Shown here: positions 11,077 to 23,978 of the stretch, one piece after another
How positions within the stretch are numbered: position 1 is the stretch's first letter
Layout of the letters: each line of letters opens with the position of its first letter
Source: Gekko japonicus
Taxonomy: Eukaryota
Direction: 5' to 3'
DNA: 64,000 bases
NCBI RefSeq assembly: GCF_001447785.1
Contig: NW_015177078.1
Span: 163,942 to 227,941 of the forward strand
Made by a program: the position numbers and the translations under genes
The notes under the pieces: model-generated
The model's database searches: none
What the model was told of the DNA's origin: nothing
The model's input: the letters and a program-made list of their open reading frames with translations, nothing else

Positions 11077-11720
11077 CTTGTGAGTGACCCGTTCAGGTAA
11101 ACACACCTTACCAGCAAGACACTGTGGCTTACTGGGTGTTTTCTGCTGTCCAGGCAATTGGAAACTCCTCTGTGGACCACCATGCATGATGCCAGGTGGA
11201 TTGTATTTAGCTTGGTGGGTCACAAATTATACAGGCCTGCAATAGAGCATGGCCAGACGCTTCACAGACACACACACACACACAGGCAATGCTTACTAGA
11301 GGCACAAGGCTGAAGCAGTTGGGGGAGAGGAGTGAACAGTAAAGCTTCTGAAAGTGAAGTGAAAGCAGGGCTGTATAGCTGACAGGATGTCCTGGGCCAT
11401 CACTTCCTTCCTGAGATATCTGCCACTCAGTTTCAGTTGGATGCATTTGCCGTGGGGGGAGGGAGAGAAGCTGATTGGACAGTGTGTGTGTGTCTGATGA
11501 AACAGGAGAGAAGGATGGGGGTCCCCTTCCTAAAGGAACAGGCCTGTCTCTCAAGAAGTACTTCATAGCTTTAAAAGAGCTCCACAAGTTGGTTCTGCAG
11601 AAACAAAGAAGGGGGGAATCACTCTTGCAGGTATTATTGCTCTTGAATTTTTTTTGCCGTTCCCCTTTGACCGTGCCCATTTGTCATAACTTCCTTTTGC
11701 TTCTGTGGCCACACCTTTTA

Positions 11721-12000
11721 AAAGAGAGCCAGTTTGGTGTAGTGGTTAAGTGCGCGGACTCTAATCTGGGAGAACCGGGTTTGATTCCCCACTCCTCCAC
11801 TTGCACCTGCTGATGTGACCTTGGGTCAGTCACAAGCTCTGGCACAGTTGTCCTTGAAAAAGATCAGTTTGTGCCAGAGCTCTCTCAGCCTCACCCACCT
11901 CACAGGGTGTCTGTTGTGGGGAGGGGAAGGGAAAGGAGTTTGTAAGCCGCTCTGAGACTCCAAGTGAAGGGCGGGGTATAAATCCAATCTCTTCTTCTCT
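11721..12000 (+). mobile_element. tRNA-derived SINE (Squam3-type), full length
   Basis: A/B boxes, CORE-like cctcacagggtg..tgttgtg, L2-like tail and (ctt)n end. Confidence 0.9.
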
Positions 12001-12408
12001 TAAAAAAGAAACAGATGCAGAGTATGCAGAGTAATCTTACAGTGGTATTCATGACTTGACAGTATACCCCACCTTTTACAATTTTGGGTAGCAATGAAGT
12101 GATCTCTGGTAGTCCAGAGTTCATGATGTGTTCCAGGAGGAGAGGAAGATTTTTCATGAGAGATTTTGGGTAACCCCACCACCACCACCACCCTCAACCT
12201 GAGAGCCGTATTGTATCAAATTGTTTTTCTCAGCCCACAGAGAAAGAGAGAAAACAAAATCCGTTGGGAGGATAGGAGATGCCCTTGGCATTCTGGTGGG
12301 GAACCGATCTGAGGTCAGAATTTGGTCCAGAAAGTGGAGTGTGGTTGGGCTAAAGGAGACGGACAGCCAGATCTGGACCATTATAAGCCATATACCTCTT
12401 GATGATGT

Positions 12409-12624
12409 CAGGTTGCCAACCCCGGGTTAGGAAATCCCTGTAGATTTAGGGCTAGAGCCTGTGGAGGGCAGCGTTTGGGGAGGGGAGGGTCCCCAGCAGG
12501 GTATGATGCCATAGCGTCCACCCTCCAAAGCTCACATTTCCTCCAGGGGAACACATCTGTGTAGTCTGGATGTGAGTCGTAATTCTGGGAGCTCTCCAGG
12601 TTCCACCTGGAGCTTGGCAACCTC
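12409..12624. mobile_element. hAT-like MITE (GGTTGCCA...TGGCAACC family)
   Basis: Terminal inverted GGTTGCCA; internal sequence shared with copies at 25002, ~47579 and 48187. Confidence 0.8.
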
Positions 12625-13866
12625 ATGTGGATGGTTGTATCAGAAGATGATGTGAAGGAAGGACACGTGGCAAAAAAATAATGGCTATGGGGTGAAAGAA
12701 TGAGATGTTCAGGGCAACTCTGGTTTGGTTGGGGTAGGGAGAGTTTCCTGCTTATCCCCCCCCCCCCCCCGCTCCCACCAACGGTGGCTTTCCCGTATCC
12801 AAGGAAGGGTGGAGGTGCCTGGAATGTTATTTTTCTGGCTCCTGTTGATTTTCTTTAATGGGAGTCATGTGCCTAAAACTGTGCAGAGCTGTGAAAATTT
12901 GGGAGTGGGGAGGTTACAGGCAGGCGGCTGAATTACACATGTCAGTGCCCAGAAATGGAAAAGCTAATAGTTCAGCAGCAGTAGGGGGGCAAGACTGAAG
13001 AGCAGGGTGAGATTCCTTCTGAACTGCTGTAATTTGGCACTAGATTTGGGACAAGAAATACTCAAAAGCCTTGTGGAACCAAAAAAGCTTGTCCCCACCA
13101 TCATGTAGGGAGAAATAACATAAGTATGATTAGAAAAATTTGGAAAAAGGCTTCTTACCTAGATGGTGTAAAAAAAACCAACACCCCACCCTTATTTTGT
13201 CAAAATGATGTGCAGAGAGCTGTAAGAAGTTGCAAAGGTTGCTGGATAAAAGAAACAGAAAGCGATTTGCCTGACAAATCTAAAAGCTTTCTTACTATCA
13301 TGAAAAGTGATCTTAATCATATTAACTCTTGGGTGCGAGCCAAAAATTTTGGGAAAATTATTCATAATGTTCTCCAATTACCCACAATTGTCAAGAACAT
13401 ACTTAAGTTCAGATCTTGTTTCTTTCAAGAGATGGCACTTTTTCAAAGGTACATTGATACTGGTTGGATCCAGTTCAAACATGAGTCATTGGTCCCATTT
13501 TGTTTAGAAAGACCAAAGGGAAGGCGACTGCACTCCTTCAGCATATCAGAACGGGGGAGACGAGATAAAGACACAATCAAGAGTAAAGGTGACGGGAGAG
13601 AATGAATCGCTCAGCCTAACACACTGCAATCAGACATCACTTTTAACTAGTATTCCGACAGAGATGTGCATCACATCCACATTCCACAGACAGCCCACTC
13701 CTTAACAAGAGTTACATTCTTCTAAGACCACTGAATTCAACTTATGTTTAGGTCTGCATTGTACCTGTGGCTACTTGTAATGCATAAATACAGACATGCA
13801 TGTTAGTCCCGCCCCCCCTTCTGAATAAGAGAAACTTAGAATCCTGGTTGGAGGAGGGGAAACTAA

Positions 13867-14163
13867 CATTGCAATCCTAAACAGAGTTTTGCCCTTCTAA
13901 ACCCATGGTCAACCTGACCTGGATGACCCAGGCTAGCACAGTCTCATCAGATCTCAGAAGCTAAGCAAGATATGCCCTGGTTTGTACTTGGATGGGAGAC
14001 CACCAAGGAAGTCCAAGGTTGTTACGCAGAGGCAGGCAATGGCAAACCACCTCTGTTCATCTCTTGCCTTGAAAACCCTGCACTGTTAGTCGGATGTGTC
14101 TTGAAGGCACTGTCCACTACCCAATCCATGGATTTAGAAAGGCGTAACTCTGTTTAGGATTGC
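13867..14163. mobile_element. Short palindromic MITE interrupted by a 5S-derived SINE (13913-14112, +)
   Basis: Arms gcaatcctaaacagagtt...ttctaaa.ccat and atggatttagaa...aactctgtttaggattgc flank a 5S SINE. An uninterrupted relative lies at ~60292-60382. Confidence 0.8.
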
Positions 14164-15045
14164 GTCGTAGCTCTGGTTAACCTGTGTGCCTACGTTCATG
14201 TGTACAGGAGATTCCTCACACAAGGAGAAAGGAGGAGGGAGGTCCACACATGACACAAACCCAGCAACAAGCCAGGTTCATGCACATCAGGGCTTAATGT
14301 CAGAGAAAGCAACGCCTGAATGCAGTTTATTTTTATCTGTTTTTAATTCCAAATATTTGCCATCATTGTCCTTGAGAGTTGACTATGTGGTTCCTATTGT
14401 CATTTAAAGCATGTAGCAATATTACACATTTGATTTGAAAACTCTTTCTCAAGTTAGCTTGGTCTAGTTTCCGTCCTGACTTGCCTGGTGGTGGCTGCAT
14501 CAGGAAATTCTCCCCCTCCTTTTCACATTACTCAATGCTCAGTTTTTCAAGCAGCTGGAAGTTCCAGAAAGCAGCATCTCTACTGCATTAGATTTCCTTC
14601 GGAAGACAGAGCATTGAAGGCTTACTGTGGCTTTGTAATATTTGCATTATTGACTTATATACAAAGATTACATACGTGGAGTCTAATTTCAAGTTTCTTA
14701 CTTATTATCTTAGCAGAACCTGGGACTCCCCTTCCTTTGCAGGTGTTAACTAGTTTAGTAAAGTTGAACTTTTCTTGGCTGGAGATTTTCATAGTTATAT
14801 TTCACATCCAACTTCCTGTAGCCCTTTGACCTTGTTGTTTATTCTTTCCATACCTCCCACATTTGGAGGTCTGCTTGTGAGGAACCAGAACATTTCATTT
14901 GAAGAAGTTGACTCTAGTTCACAAAAGTTTGTGCTGGAATAAAATTATGTTCATCTTTAAGGTGCCACTAGATCTGTTTATTTAACAACCACATCTGTTT
15001 CATTCCCTTTCTCAGGGACACCTGGATGATTTAAAAGTCAGTCTC

Positions 15046-16673
15046 AGGGAGGGGGGAGCGGCTGAGCTTCCGGCTGGCTGCATCCCTTCCAACTCCTGCT
15101 ATTCCTGCAGAAAACTCTGCTTACAGAAAACACAGCCTTGACTGGAATAAATATCAATGCCAGGTATGGGAAGAACTACAGCAAAAAAGGTGCCAAAAAT
15201 CCTCCTTACAGACCTCCTAAAAAGAGTAATATTGACATAGAACACTCAGATGACTCAGACCTAGAGGCTTCTCTGTTAGAGGAAATGGCGCGGGGGGGGG
15301 GGAGTAACCCCGACCAAAGCAAACAGACTGTGATATTGAATGAAATTAAGAATGATATAAAGTCACTGAGTGGAGAGGTTGGACAATTAAAAAAAGAATT
15401 TGGATTGCTCAAACAATTGAGCCAATAAATAAGAAATTAGACGATCTTACCGCAGCCTTGAAAACAACAGAGGAAAGCTGAATTAGCACATCAGTCGACA
15501 AAAAAGAACGCAGAAGACATCAAAGAATTTAAGGAGTTTGAGATATGGGCTAAGAATAAGATCATACTCCAGGAAACAAAACTCAGAGAAAAGAAAGCCA
15601 AACTTCATGGAGTATCTGTAAACGTTGGTGAAAAAGAAAATTTCACTACAGCTTTAAACAAATAGCTGCTTCAAATCCTTCTCACAGCAGCAGAAGCAGC
15701 ATCTCCTGAAGGGATCATCAGCTCCGCCTTCCAGGTAAACATCTCCAAAAAGGCCCCTGAAAATGCTCCCCCCGACATTATTGTTGAGTTTAAACAGCTA
15801 CAGATGAAAAATAAACTTTTTGCAATTGAGTCTGGAGGACACGATTGTATATCTGTTTCTTGACATTCCAGTGGAGGTAATTAATGCAAGAAGACGTCTC
15901 AGGGAAACAGCGAAAATCCTCAGAGATAAAGGAATTCAGTACAGATGGCTGCCCCTGGGACATTTAGTCATCAATTTGAAAAAAAAAAAAGTTCACAGCT
16001 TTTAATGAGATCATAGGGAAAAATTTAGTAGATGCAGTAACTAAAGGAATGGAAGTGTTTGAACTGAGATATTATATTTGGTAGCAGAGTGGTAGAAAGT
16101 AATTCATAAAGTAAGTTAGAGTTAGCATGCTAGTATGTTAGTATATAGAGTTAGAGTTAATAGATAGGATAAGTGTGAATTATAATAAAGGAAAATAGAC
16201 AACAGGAATGGAATTGTTAAACCAACAGCATACCAAGGAAGGGAAGGGTGTGCCCCCCCCCCCAAGACCTCCGAACAGAGGGAGGAGGGTTTCCTTCTGT
16301 TGCAGAGGTTTCTCTGCAGCACCCAGTTTCGGAGGCAACCCTGTTCAACTTTCCTTGATAGGTTTGGAAGAAGATACAATATAAGTATAAAATAAGTGTG
16401 TATGGAAGAAATCCAGCTAAAGAAGAAAAGAAATCTTAGATAAATTAAGGAATAATCTAATAATGTTTAGATTATGAACTAGAGGAATGTTGTACGGTGG
16501 TCTGGTTAAGCGGGTAAAGAAAGGGAATAAGATAACGAGGATGGAGATTATTTATATGCTTTCAATGCTAAATATGATTTCTAGAAAGAGGAGAATATAA
16601 GGAAAATGAAGTGTAAAGATATGTATAAAATATATGGATATATGTACACTCAATAAAATATTAATTAAAAAAA
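15046..16673 (+). mobile_element. L1-derived element encoding only a decayed ORF1 (HAL1-like)
   Basis: G-rich 5' end; coiled-coil (ILNEIKNDIKSLSGEVGQLKKEF) and L1 ORF1p CTD-like peptide (IVYLFLDIP...RRRLRETAKILRDKGIQYRW); AATAAA plus A-tail; TSD-like aaa..TCAGTCTC on both sides. Confidence 0.75.
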
Positions 16674-16831
16674 CCTCAGTCTCTGTTACAACACCATCTC
16701 TTCCTCCACATAACTTCTGGAAATAAAGGTGTCTGCAACACGATTAGACACTCCATATGCGTCTGCAGAAGTAAGGTCCAACTCATGAAAGCTTGTGGAG
16801 GAACACATTGTTTTAGTCTTTAAGGTCCCAC

Positions 16832-17040
16832 TGCCCTCACCTGTATTATCCAGGCTAGCCCAATCTTTTCAGATTTCAGAAGCCAAGCAGGGTCAGCCCT
16901 GGTTAGTATCTGGATGGGAGACCACCAAGGAAAACCAGGGTCACTATGCACAGGAAGGCAGCAGTAAACCGCCTCAGAACATCTCTTGCCTTGAAAACAC
17001 TACAGGGTCACCATAAGTGGGCTGAAATTTGACACGCACA
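16832..17040 (+). mobile_element. 5S-rRNA-derived SINE
   Basis: cagatttcagaagccaagcagggtcagccctggttagtatctggatgggagacc plus tail gggtcaccataagt. Confidence 0.85.
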
Positions 17041-17937
17041 AGGTGCCACTGGACTTCTGCTGGTTGCAACATAGCTCTTAAGCAGAAGGAAAGGTAAATA
17101 AAGCAGGAAGTCTGTGCATGAGGAGTAATACAGGGATGCAGCCACCCTGGGCAAGGAAAGAGGAAGCCAAGAGCAAATCTTGAAACAGTTGTTCTTGGGC
17201 CATACCATTTCAGACCGCACATGGGATCTCTGCTTTGGCTGCTCCGCTGTAATAAAAATCCACCCACATGTTGACAACTGACTTATCAGGAAGGGTAGGC
17301 TTGAATATTTTTCTTTGCTGTGCAGATTAAAAAATAATAATAATACAGAGATGCATTCATTTATACACCTGGTGGCTAAAGTGGTACATTCTAGCAATAG
17401 CTTTATCAGATGACCTGTTGTTTGTGCAGCCTACTTTGTATGAAGGTACTTCTTAAGATGTACAAATCACAGGGCCCCTACAGTCAAGAAGATGAATGGA
17501 ACACAGTGCTTGCAATATACTATGGAATTCAGGAAAATCTATCTGTGCAGCAGCCTCCCACCCTCCCCTTGTTTCACTTGTGGCTAATAGTTTCCAAGGC
17601 CCATGTAGGGATTGGACAAGCCTTGCCCAATTACCTAATAGAAATGTCTGCTAAGGCTTGATGGAAATACCACAGCTCGCTATTGCTCAGAGCTACTGAG
17701 GAACAATTATGTAATCCTAATTGCTGGAAGGCACTGAACACCAGCTACTATTTTTGGTTCAAGAATAGAAGTGAGCATTTGCTTAGCTTTTTAACCAAAT
17801 AACTCGGCTCAAGAGGCTTTTAGCAGGGTTAGTCACCTCTTAATATTAAACTTCAAGCACAACTGGTTTCAAACACTGTACCGTCTCATTCATTCAGATG
17901 GGCCGAGAATGCAGTAGGAATTATTATACATATTTTA

Positions 17938-19922
17938 AAAATGAGGGACCTGCAAGGACTTGTGGGTGGCATCTCATTTTCCCTCCCCCACTATCTCTTC
18001 TTTCCCTTCCTGAAAATCCTCATAGCCTCTCCCTTTGTTTCCTTCTCTCCTTCCCACATACAGCCAACCTATCTTTTCTGCCACCCCCCATCTTCAGTTT
18101 TTACTCCTTCACGCCTCCTGGCAGCCTCTACCCAGGAAAATTATGGTTCAATTGCATGGTTCGAGCTTCTGGGCCAGGCCCATTTGTGCAGTAGGGAGCC
18201 TGGAAGGATTGGCAGGGGTTTCCTCTTTCCATCCTCCTGGCAGTCCCCACCACCTTTACCCTACTTCCTTCTCTTCTACCCATCAACCAGTCTACCATTA
18301 ATCTGTCATCCATCTTCAGCTAATTTTATTATTTCATTTATACCTCACCTTTCTCCACAATGGGGGCCCAAAGTAGCTTACATCATTCTCCTCTCCTCCA
18401 TTTTATCCTCAAAACAACCCTGTGAGGTAAATTCAGCCCATGATCATCCAATGAGTTTCCACAGCTGAGTGGTGATTTGGTTTCCTAGATCTTAGCCTGA
18501 ATTTGTAACCACTGCACCACACTGACTTACACAAGTTAGTTGCTGTTGAACAGTAGTGAGCAGCCAGGCCCAGGTGAGACATGCAAGTTGCATGGTACCT
18601 AGTTACCCCCTGGCTGCTGGTGGGCCTTGACCAGATAAATTCTCTCCCAAATACCAAAACAGGTTTACAAAGCAACTTGCTCCCTCCCCCTGACTTTTAC
18701 TGAAGAAGCTGTGGTATCCTGTTCCAGCCTGCAGGCCTGTTCTACCCTGCCCTCCAAGGTTTTCTCATCACCTGAAGAGGCTTTTCTCTCTCTCCAGTAA
18801 CCCACTACCACCACCTGACCTCTGTAGGAATTGCCCACTGGGAGGGTGAGGACTCCCAGCTTCCCTTCCAAGTTCTGAGTCTTTGCCTCTGTGTCTCCCA
18901 CTGCCCAGCGCCTGGTCACCACGGGGACAGTTTACTGCCTGGTGCACCCCTGGAGGAATAGCCGCTTGCCAACTGACTGCCTTACCCCGGCACTCCTTTT
19001 AAAATAGTGTGTCCAAGATGGTGGAGGCCTATGTGGTACAGAGAACCATTTCCAGCATCAAAAATTGTAAAGTATTTATTAAAAAGAAAATGTTTACAGG
19101 CATACTCTTAGCACAGCACCAGATTGAGAAAGGGAGTCAAAAGAAAAGGGTAAAATGCAATTCCTATTTCCCACCCTCTATACATGCCCTATCTGTGGTT
19201 AAATATAGGACAGCTCCTTATCTTAGAATGTTATGAATCTCTACAGAGGTTCAGTTACCTTGTAGCTTCCTTCAGCTGTCTAGGCTAGCACATGGCAATG
19301 GCTGCCTCCCACAGACCTCAGTTAAAAGTTCTTTCTGATCTGATGGACTCAGCACAAAAAAGAACCACCTCCTCACACCCAAGAGTTTTATTATCTGTCT
19401 TTCCCCCACCCAGTGACCAGGGCAGGCTGGGCCAAAGAAGCTTTTCCTGATGTCTCCCGAAATTTCAAGTCTTAATTCCTCCAAATCTCAATTCCCTGCA
19501 TGGAGGATGGGGTAGCCTGGACCATCCTATTGTCTCTAGCTGGACCATTAGCATTTCTTAAGAGGTAGCTGAGGTGAGGCTGGAAAGCCATTGAACTCAC
19601 TTCTCCCTCCCTGCCTGTTCTCTGCCCAGGTTTTTCTCAGGTCAGATTTCTACCCAAAATTTTTATAAATAAAAAAATGCATTTCTTCACAGAAGCCAAG
19701 CCTTGAAGATTGGGAATACTGTGTGGTTGCTTAGCAGTGGCCACTGAGGGCATTCATTTCATTTCTTAAAGCTATAGGTGCTGTGTCTATTATTTTAGAG
19801 GTTTTAACCCTCCCAATGCTTTTAAAAAATATTCCTGGAAGCCTGGGGTGTTTTTCGGGATTTGCAGAAAAATCTGTCTTGTCTGTCCATGGCTCCAGTC
19901 TCCAGATTTAAGTATCCACAGA
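17938..19922 (-). mobile_element. Helitron-like composite non-autonomous element, copy 1 (contains SINE at ~18330-18530)
   Basis: Minus strand begins A|TC(TGTGGATAC) and ends with a degenerate hairpin cccacaag.ccttgcagg; multiple blocks are shared with copies 2 and 3. Confidence 0.55.
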
Positions 19923-20165
19923 TTTGGCCATGTTAATAACTAGACATATTGATTATTTTAATTTTCTTCATTTATGCCTTGCTTTTCTTCCAAGTCCAGA
20001 ACCAAAGTTGCTTACATTGTTCTCTTCCCCATTTTATTTTCACAACAATCCTATGGGGTAAGCTGAAAATGTGTGCCTGGTCACAGGTCACCCAACAAGC
20101 TTTAACGGCAGAGGTGATTTGGACCAGAGTCTGCCAGATCCTGATCAACAGTCTAACCACTACAA

Positions 20166-20562
20166 CAGAGGTGTCAAACTTGCGGGCTTCTATCAGGCCC
20201 GCAGTGGAACTGGCTGTCTTCTGCTTCTGCTTCCAGTTTTGCTGCTGCTGCATCATCGTAGGTTTGCAGCTTACAGATACACACCTGAACAGCATACTAA
20301 AGATTGCAACAGCACAGATATTTTGATGCAATAATTCAGAGCAGAGGTGTCAGTTATCAGACCCTGTTAAATAAACAAAATATTGCAAGAGTGCTAATGT
20401 TTTAAGCATGTTTTTATTTTAAGTAGAAAAACCTCTTTGTGTTTGTGTCTTTTATAAAGTTTATATCTCTGCTACCTGGCGTTACATTTTATGTCACACA
20501 TGGCCCAGCCCAACAAGGTGTCATTTATGTCAAATCCGACCCTCATGAGCTCGACACCCCTG
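20166..20562. mobile_element. hAT (Charlie-like) MITE nested in an old minus-strand SINE (~19960-20580)
   Basis: TIRs CAGAGGTGTCAAAC / GCTCGACACCCCTG; TSD CACTACAA / CACTACAC. Confidence 0.85.
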
Positions 20563-20689
20563 CACTACACCATTCTGGTATATATACATATTTATAGGTT
20601 CAAATTTTGCATAGGCATGTGTCAAGGAATCCAAGACTGAACCCCATGGGTCCCCAGAACTGCTCTACTGAAGTTACCAAACTCTTCTT

Positions 20690-21170
20690 TTTATTTTAAA
20701 AGTATGGAAAGTTTTATTTAGTTTCTGTCAACACAAAAGGTTCAATCTACAGCAACACAACACTCTAAAGTCACAGAGCAAAACCCCCAAGACCTGCATT
20801 AGACAGAACAAACCGTAAGTCCAAGAGTCAAAAGCCTTAGCTTATGCATTCTCTACATTGCTTTCTGTTGCAATATATTAATGTCATAGTCCAAGCCTTC
20901 CAACCACCAGAATCTAAGCTAGCTTCCTTTTTCCAGGCTCTGAGCAGTGACCAGGCTCCGGTGTATTCCCCAGCCCTCCCTAGGGCAGGGGTTGCTATGT
21001 TCCTTTCAGTCCTTCCCTTGTGTTCTGTGAGGATGAGGTCAGAGAAGCACTCTCCTGCTCCATTGGCTGGGTGCGTCCACATATATCTGATATGGGGCAT
21101 CCCCACAACATTCCTATTAGCAGTTGCTGTTGGTGCTCACAGTTTCCTCTCCTGAGAATATACAATAGCA
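20690..21170 (-). mobile_element. Degenerate L1 3' fragment
   Basis: Minus-strand MLWGCP-like CCHC remnant, AATAAA and an A-rich tail. Confidence 0.45.
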
Positions 21171-21190
21171 GCTATCTATACTAGTGCCAT

Positions 21191-21542
21191 AAGGAGCTGC
21201 GGTGGCTCAAGTGGTTAAGACACTGAACTGCAGGCTGTGGAAGGTCAGTAGTTCAGCAGTTCGAGACCCGAGTGTGCCGCATGACGGAGTGAGCTCCCGT
21301 CTCCAGTTCCAGCTCCTGCCAACCTAGCAGTTCGAAAGCAAGAAATTGCAAGTAGATAAATAAGTACCACTTCGGTGGGAAGGTAACAGCGTTCCGTCTG
21401 CCTTGGTGTTTAGTCATGCCGGCCACATGACCACGGAAACGTCTTCGGACAGCACTGGCTCTTCGGCTTTGAAACGGAGATGAGCACCGCAACCCTACGG
21501 TCGGACTCGACTGGCTTTCGAGCAAGGGAACCTTTACCTTTT
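21191..21542 (+). mobile_element. Sauria SINE, full length
   Basis: Intact head and acctttacctttt tail; 14-bp TSD TATACTAGTGCCAT (21177-21190 and 21543-21556). Confidence 0.95.
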
Positions 21543-21849
21543 TATACTAGTGCCATGCTGGCACCTGAGCCCTAGAATTGCCCTCTGCTGCTCTAATTTC
21601 CTTCAAAGTTCACTTCCAATATTTTTTACAATGGCTGTGCCCTGATATTTTGTTTATTTATTTATTTAATTTATACCCCGCCCTCCCCACAAAGCAGGGC
21701 GACTTACACCAATTAACACATAAATAGCAATTAAAATCCCACATAAAATCATTTAAAACAAATCAATTATAAATAGATCATAAATTGTAAAGTGCTGTTG
21801 TTTCACTGATTGCTTAAGATGGTGTCCTGAAGAGTGCCTACAAGGTCTA

Positions 21850-23978
21850 AACAATTTTTCTGCTCCATGCTTTTCCTAATGCGAGTGGTGGCACAGGCTG
21901 GATGTCAAAGCCAAGGGCCAGGACTCTATAGTTAAGATTATTGATGGAAATTAAACCTAAGCCTATGTAACTAAAATAAATGCATACTTTGCCCCCCACA
22001 TGCTGTTCATTTTCTACCCTGCCCCAGACTATAGGTGGACCACCACATTTGAACAGCCACCACCAGGTATCTAGGGATACATCTAGGACGCCCCCTAGGC
22101 TTTCAGCAGTGGATATGCAGACTGGTTCTACGAACTGGCGCATGAACGGAGCACTGGGGTTGCTCCTCTCATTCCTAAACACATGGAAGCATTTAGGAAT
22201 GATACTTTGCATCTAAATTCCTAAGAAGTGTCATAGCCATTAGCCAAGATTTACATGTAGATGAGAAATGAGACATGCAAGCAATACCTCCTGCCTCCCG
22301 TCTTTTTTCCTGGATGGACAATTTGTCAGTTGTAACCTAACCATACACTTCTACTCTCGAAGGCAAACAGAAAAAGGTCCATTGCAAATTTGTTCGCGAA
22401 ACAGAGAGTGGGGTTTCAGAGAAGGATCCCACATGTACGAAACAATCAACCACCAAAATAGCTTTGTCTTACTGCTAGGATAAATGCAGCAGCAGCTGCT
22501 TGATCTATCACTCTGTAGAGTCACAACCATTTTCCCTGCTGCAATATGACCTTCTGGCATCATGCTGTCATAAGAATCACATGGGACTCAGCAACACAAG
22601 TGGCCAAAGGTCCAGAATCTGCTGCTCCAAAACTGGGTCCTAAATTCACTGCTAGATGTAGCAACATCCGTCAGGTTATTTCATGTACAGGCCAGATTTA
22701 GAATGCCTAACAGCCAAAGGCGGAGCTTACTAATGCAAAACTAGCGGAAAGCCTGAGCCCTCCTTTTTATTTGCTTGCACTGATCCAGCCCCATCATTAT
22801 TTATTTGGCCCAATATTACTCCTTAACAGGGAGTTCCGAGCTTCTTAAATTAGGATTTAAAGTAGACAAGAAGCATGAAGGTTGTGTGTCAGCCACCCCC
22901 CATGGTGCCACAGGCACTCTCCAGTATCTGCACAGAAACAGATGTGCTACGTAGGGAGGCTAGGAAGTGCAGCAGCCCAGTGATGAAGTATTAACAAGCA
23001 GGAGCGACAGGCAACCAGGATGTAGAGCGACGGGCAACAGCCTTCGGAGAACCATGGTGAGAAGAAGACTTCTGCAGCAGTGACTTAAGAGTGTTGACCA
23101 AGCAGAATGAAATCTGTCGGAGAGGATAAAGCCGGCTGAGAAGTCGAAGGCTGGTGCTTAGACTTCTGAGCAGAGGTTGCTGTAGAGGCCACCTTAGGAG
23201 TCAACATCGAGAGACCGGAGATTATCACGGGATAGAGTTTCGGAGCTGAAGTCAATTTCAACGACTTCGATATCGGCGTCGAAGAGGTTTATCATCTCAC
23301 TTTTTAAATTTCTGTTTCGAAGATTTAGTGTTCTCTGAGAGAGAAGGCGGCTTCTGAGGGGCAGAAGAAGCACAAGACGCTGTTGAAGACATTGTAGGGC
23401 GCAAGGCAGCTTCCAAAAGAACTGTGCGAAGGTGGGCCGCCCTATTCCTACGGGCCTGCCTAGTGACCTTGGCACAATGAGGGCATGAGTCAACCTGATG
23501 AAACTCCCCCAAACAAATTAAACAAAGGTCGTAGCTGTCGTTAGATGGGAGTTTAGTAGGACAATGGCAACACGACTTAAAAAATAGGGTGCGGCCCATG
23601 GAAACACCTTCCCAAGGGGAGAGCAAAAGAACAAAAGAAAAAATAGTAAAGGGAACTCCACCCCCCCCACCCCACCCCCCGGTTTGCTTTAGAAGAAAAA
23701 CAAGGGAAAGGAGCAAAGAGAAGTTAACAAAGGAGAAAAAACTCAGCTGAGACAATTTGAAGAGCGATTGCTGCGAGGTGTGAATATGAAGATGGTCGAA
23801 CTGAGTGGGAGGAGGCTCTTCCCCCCCCCCCGCTCCAGGCATGCACAGTGCGTGTCTGCTCCCCAAAGAGAGCCCGCCAAAAAAGACTCCTGAGGCAAGC
23901 TCTGGAATGTTCTCCAATCAAGGTCGTGCACAGGCGCCCAACCCATGTGTGGGACTGCACAGAGACCACGATGAAGAT
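21850..23978 (-). mobile_element. DIRS-like (tyrosine recombinase) retrotransposon remnant
   Basis: Minus-strand ORF with FKSCCHC..LP..DSYDLCLICLGEFHQVDSCPHC...ARRNR, the Cys/His N-terminus typical of vertebrate DIRS ORF1; terminus tcttcatcgtggtctctgtgcagtcccacac. Left boundary uncertain. Confidence 0.7.

Noticed and set aside
11721-11800. tRNA genes at the SINE heads
   Set aside because: A/B boxes are present, but there is no cloverleaf or acceptor stem and they continue into SINE bodies.
13126-13605. 159-aa ORF in unique AT-rich DNA
   Set aside because: No recognisable protein similarity or convincing splice context; it may be conserved non-coding DNA, which cannot be tested here.
13913-14020. 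5S rRNA gene calls for the 5S-like segments
   Set aside because: All lack the authentic 5S 5' and 3' ends, are diverged, and share a LINE-like tail, so they are SINEs.
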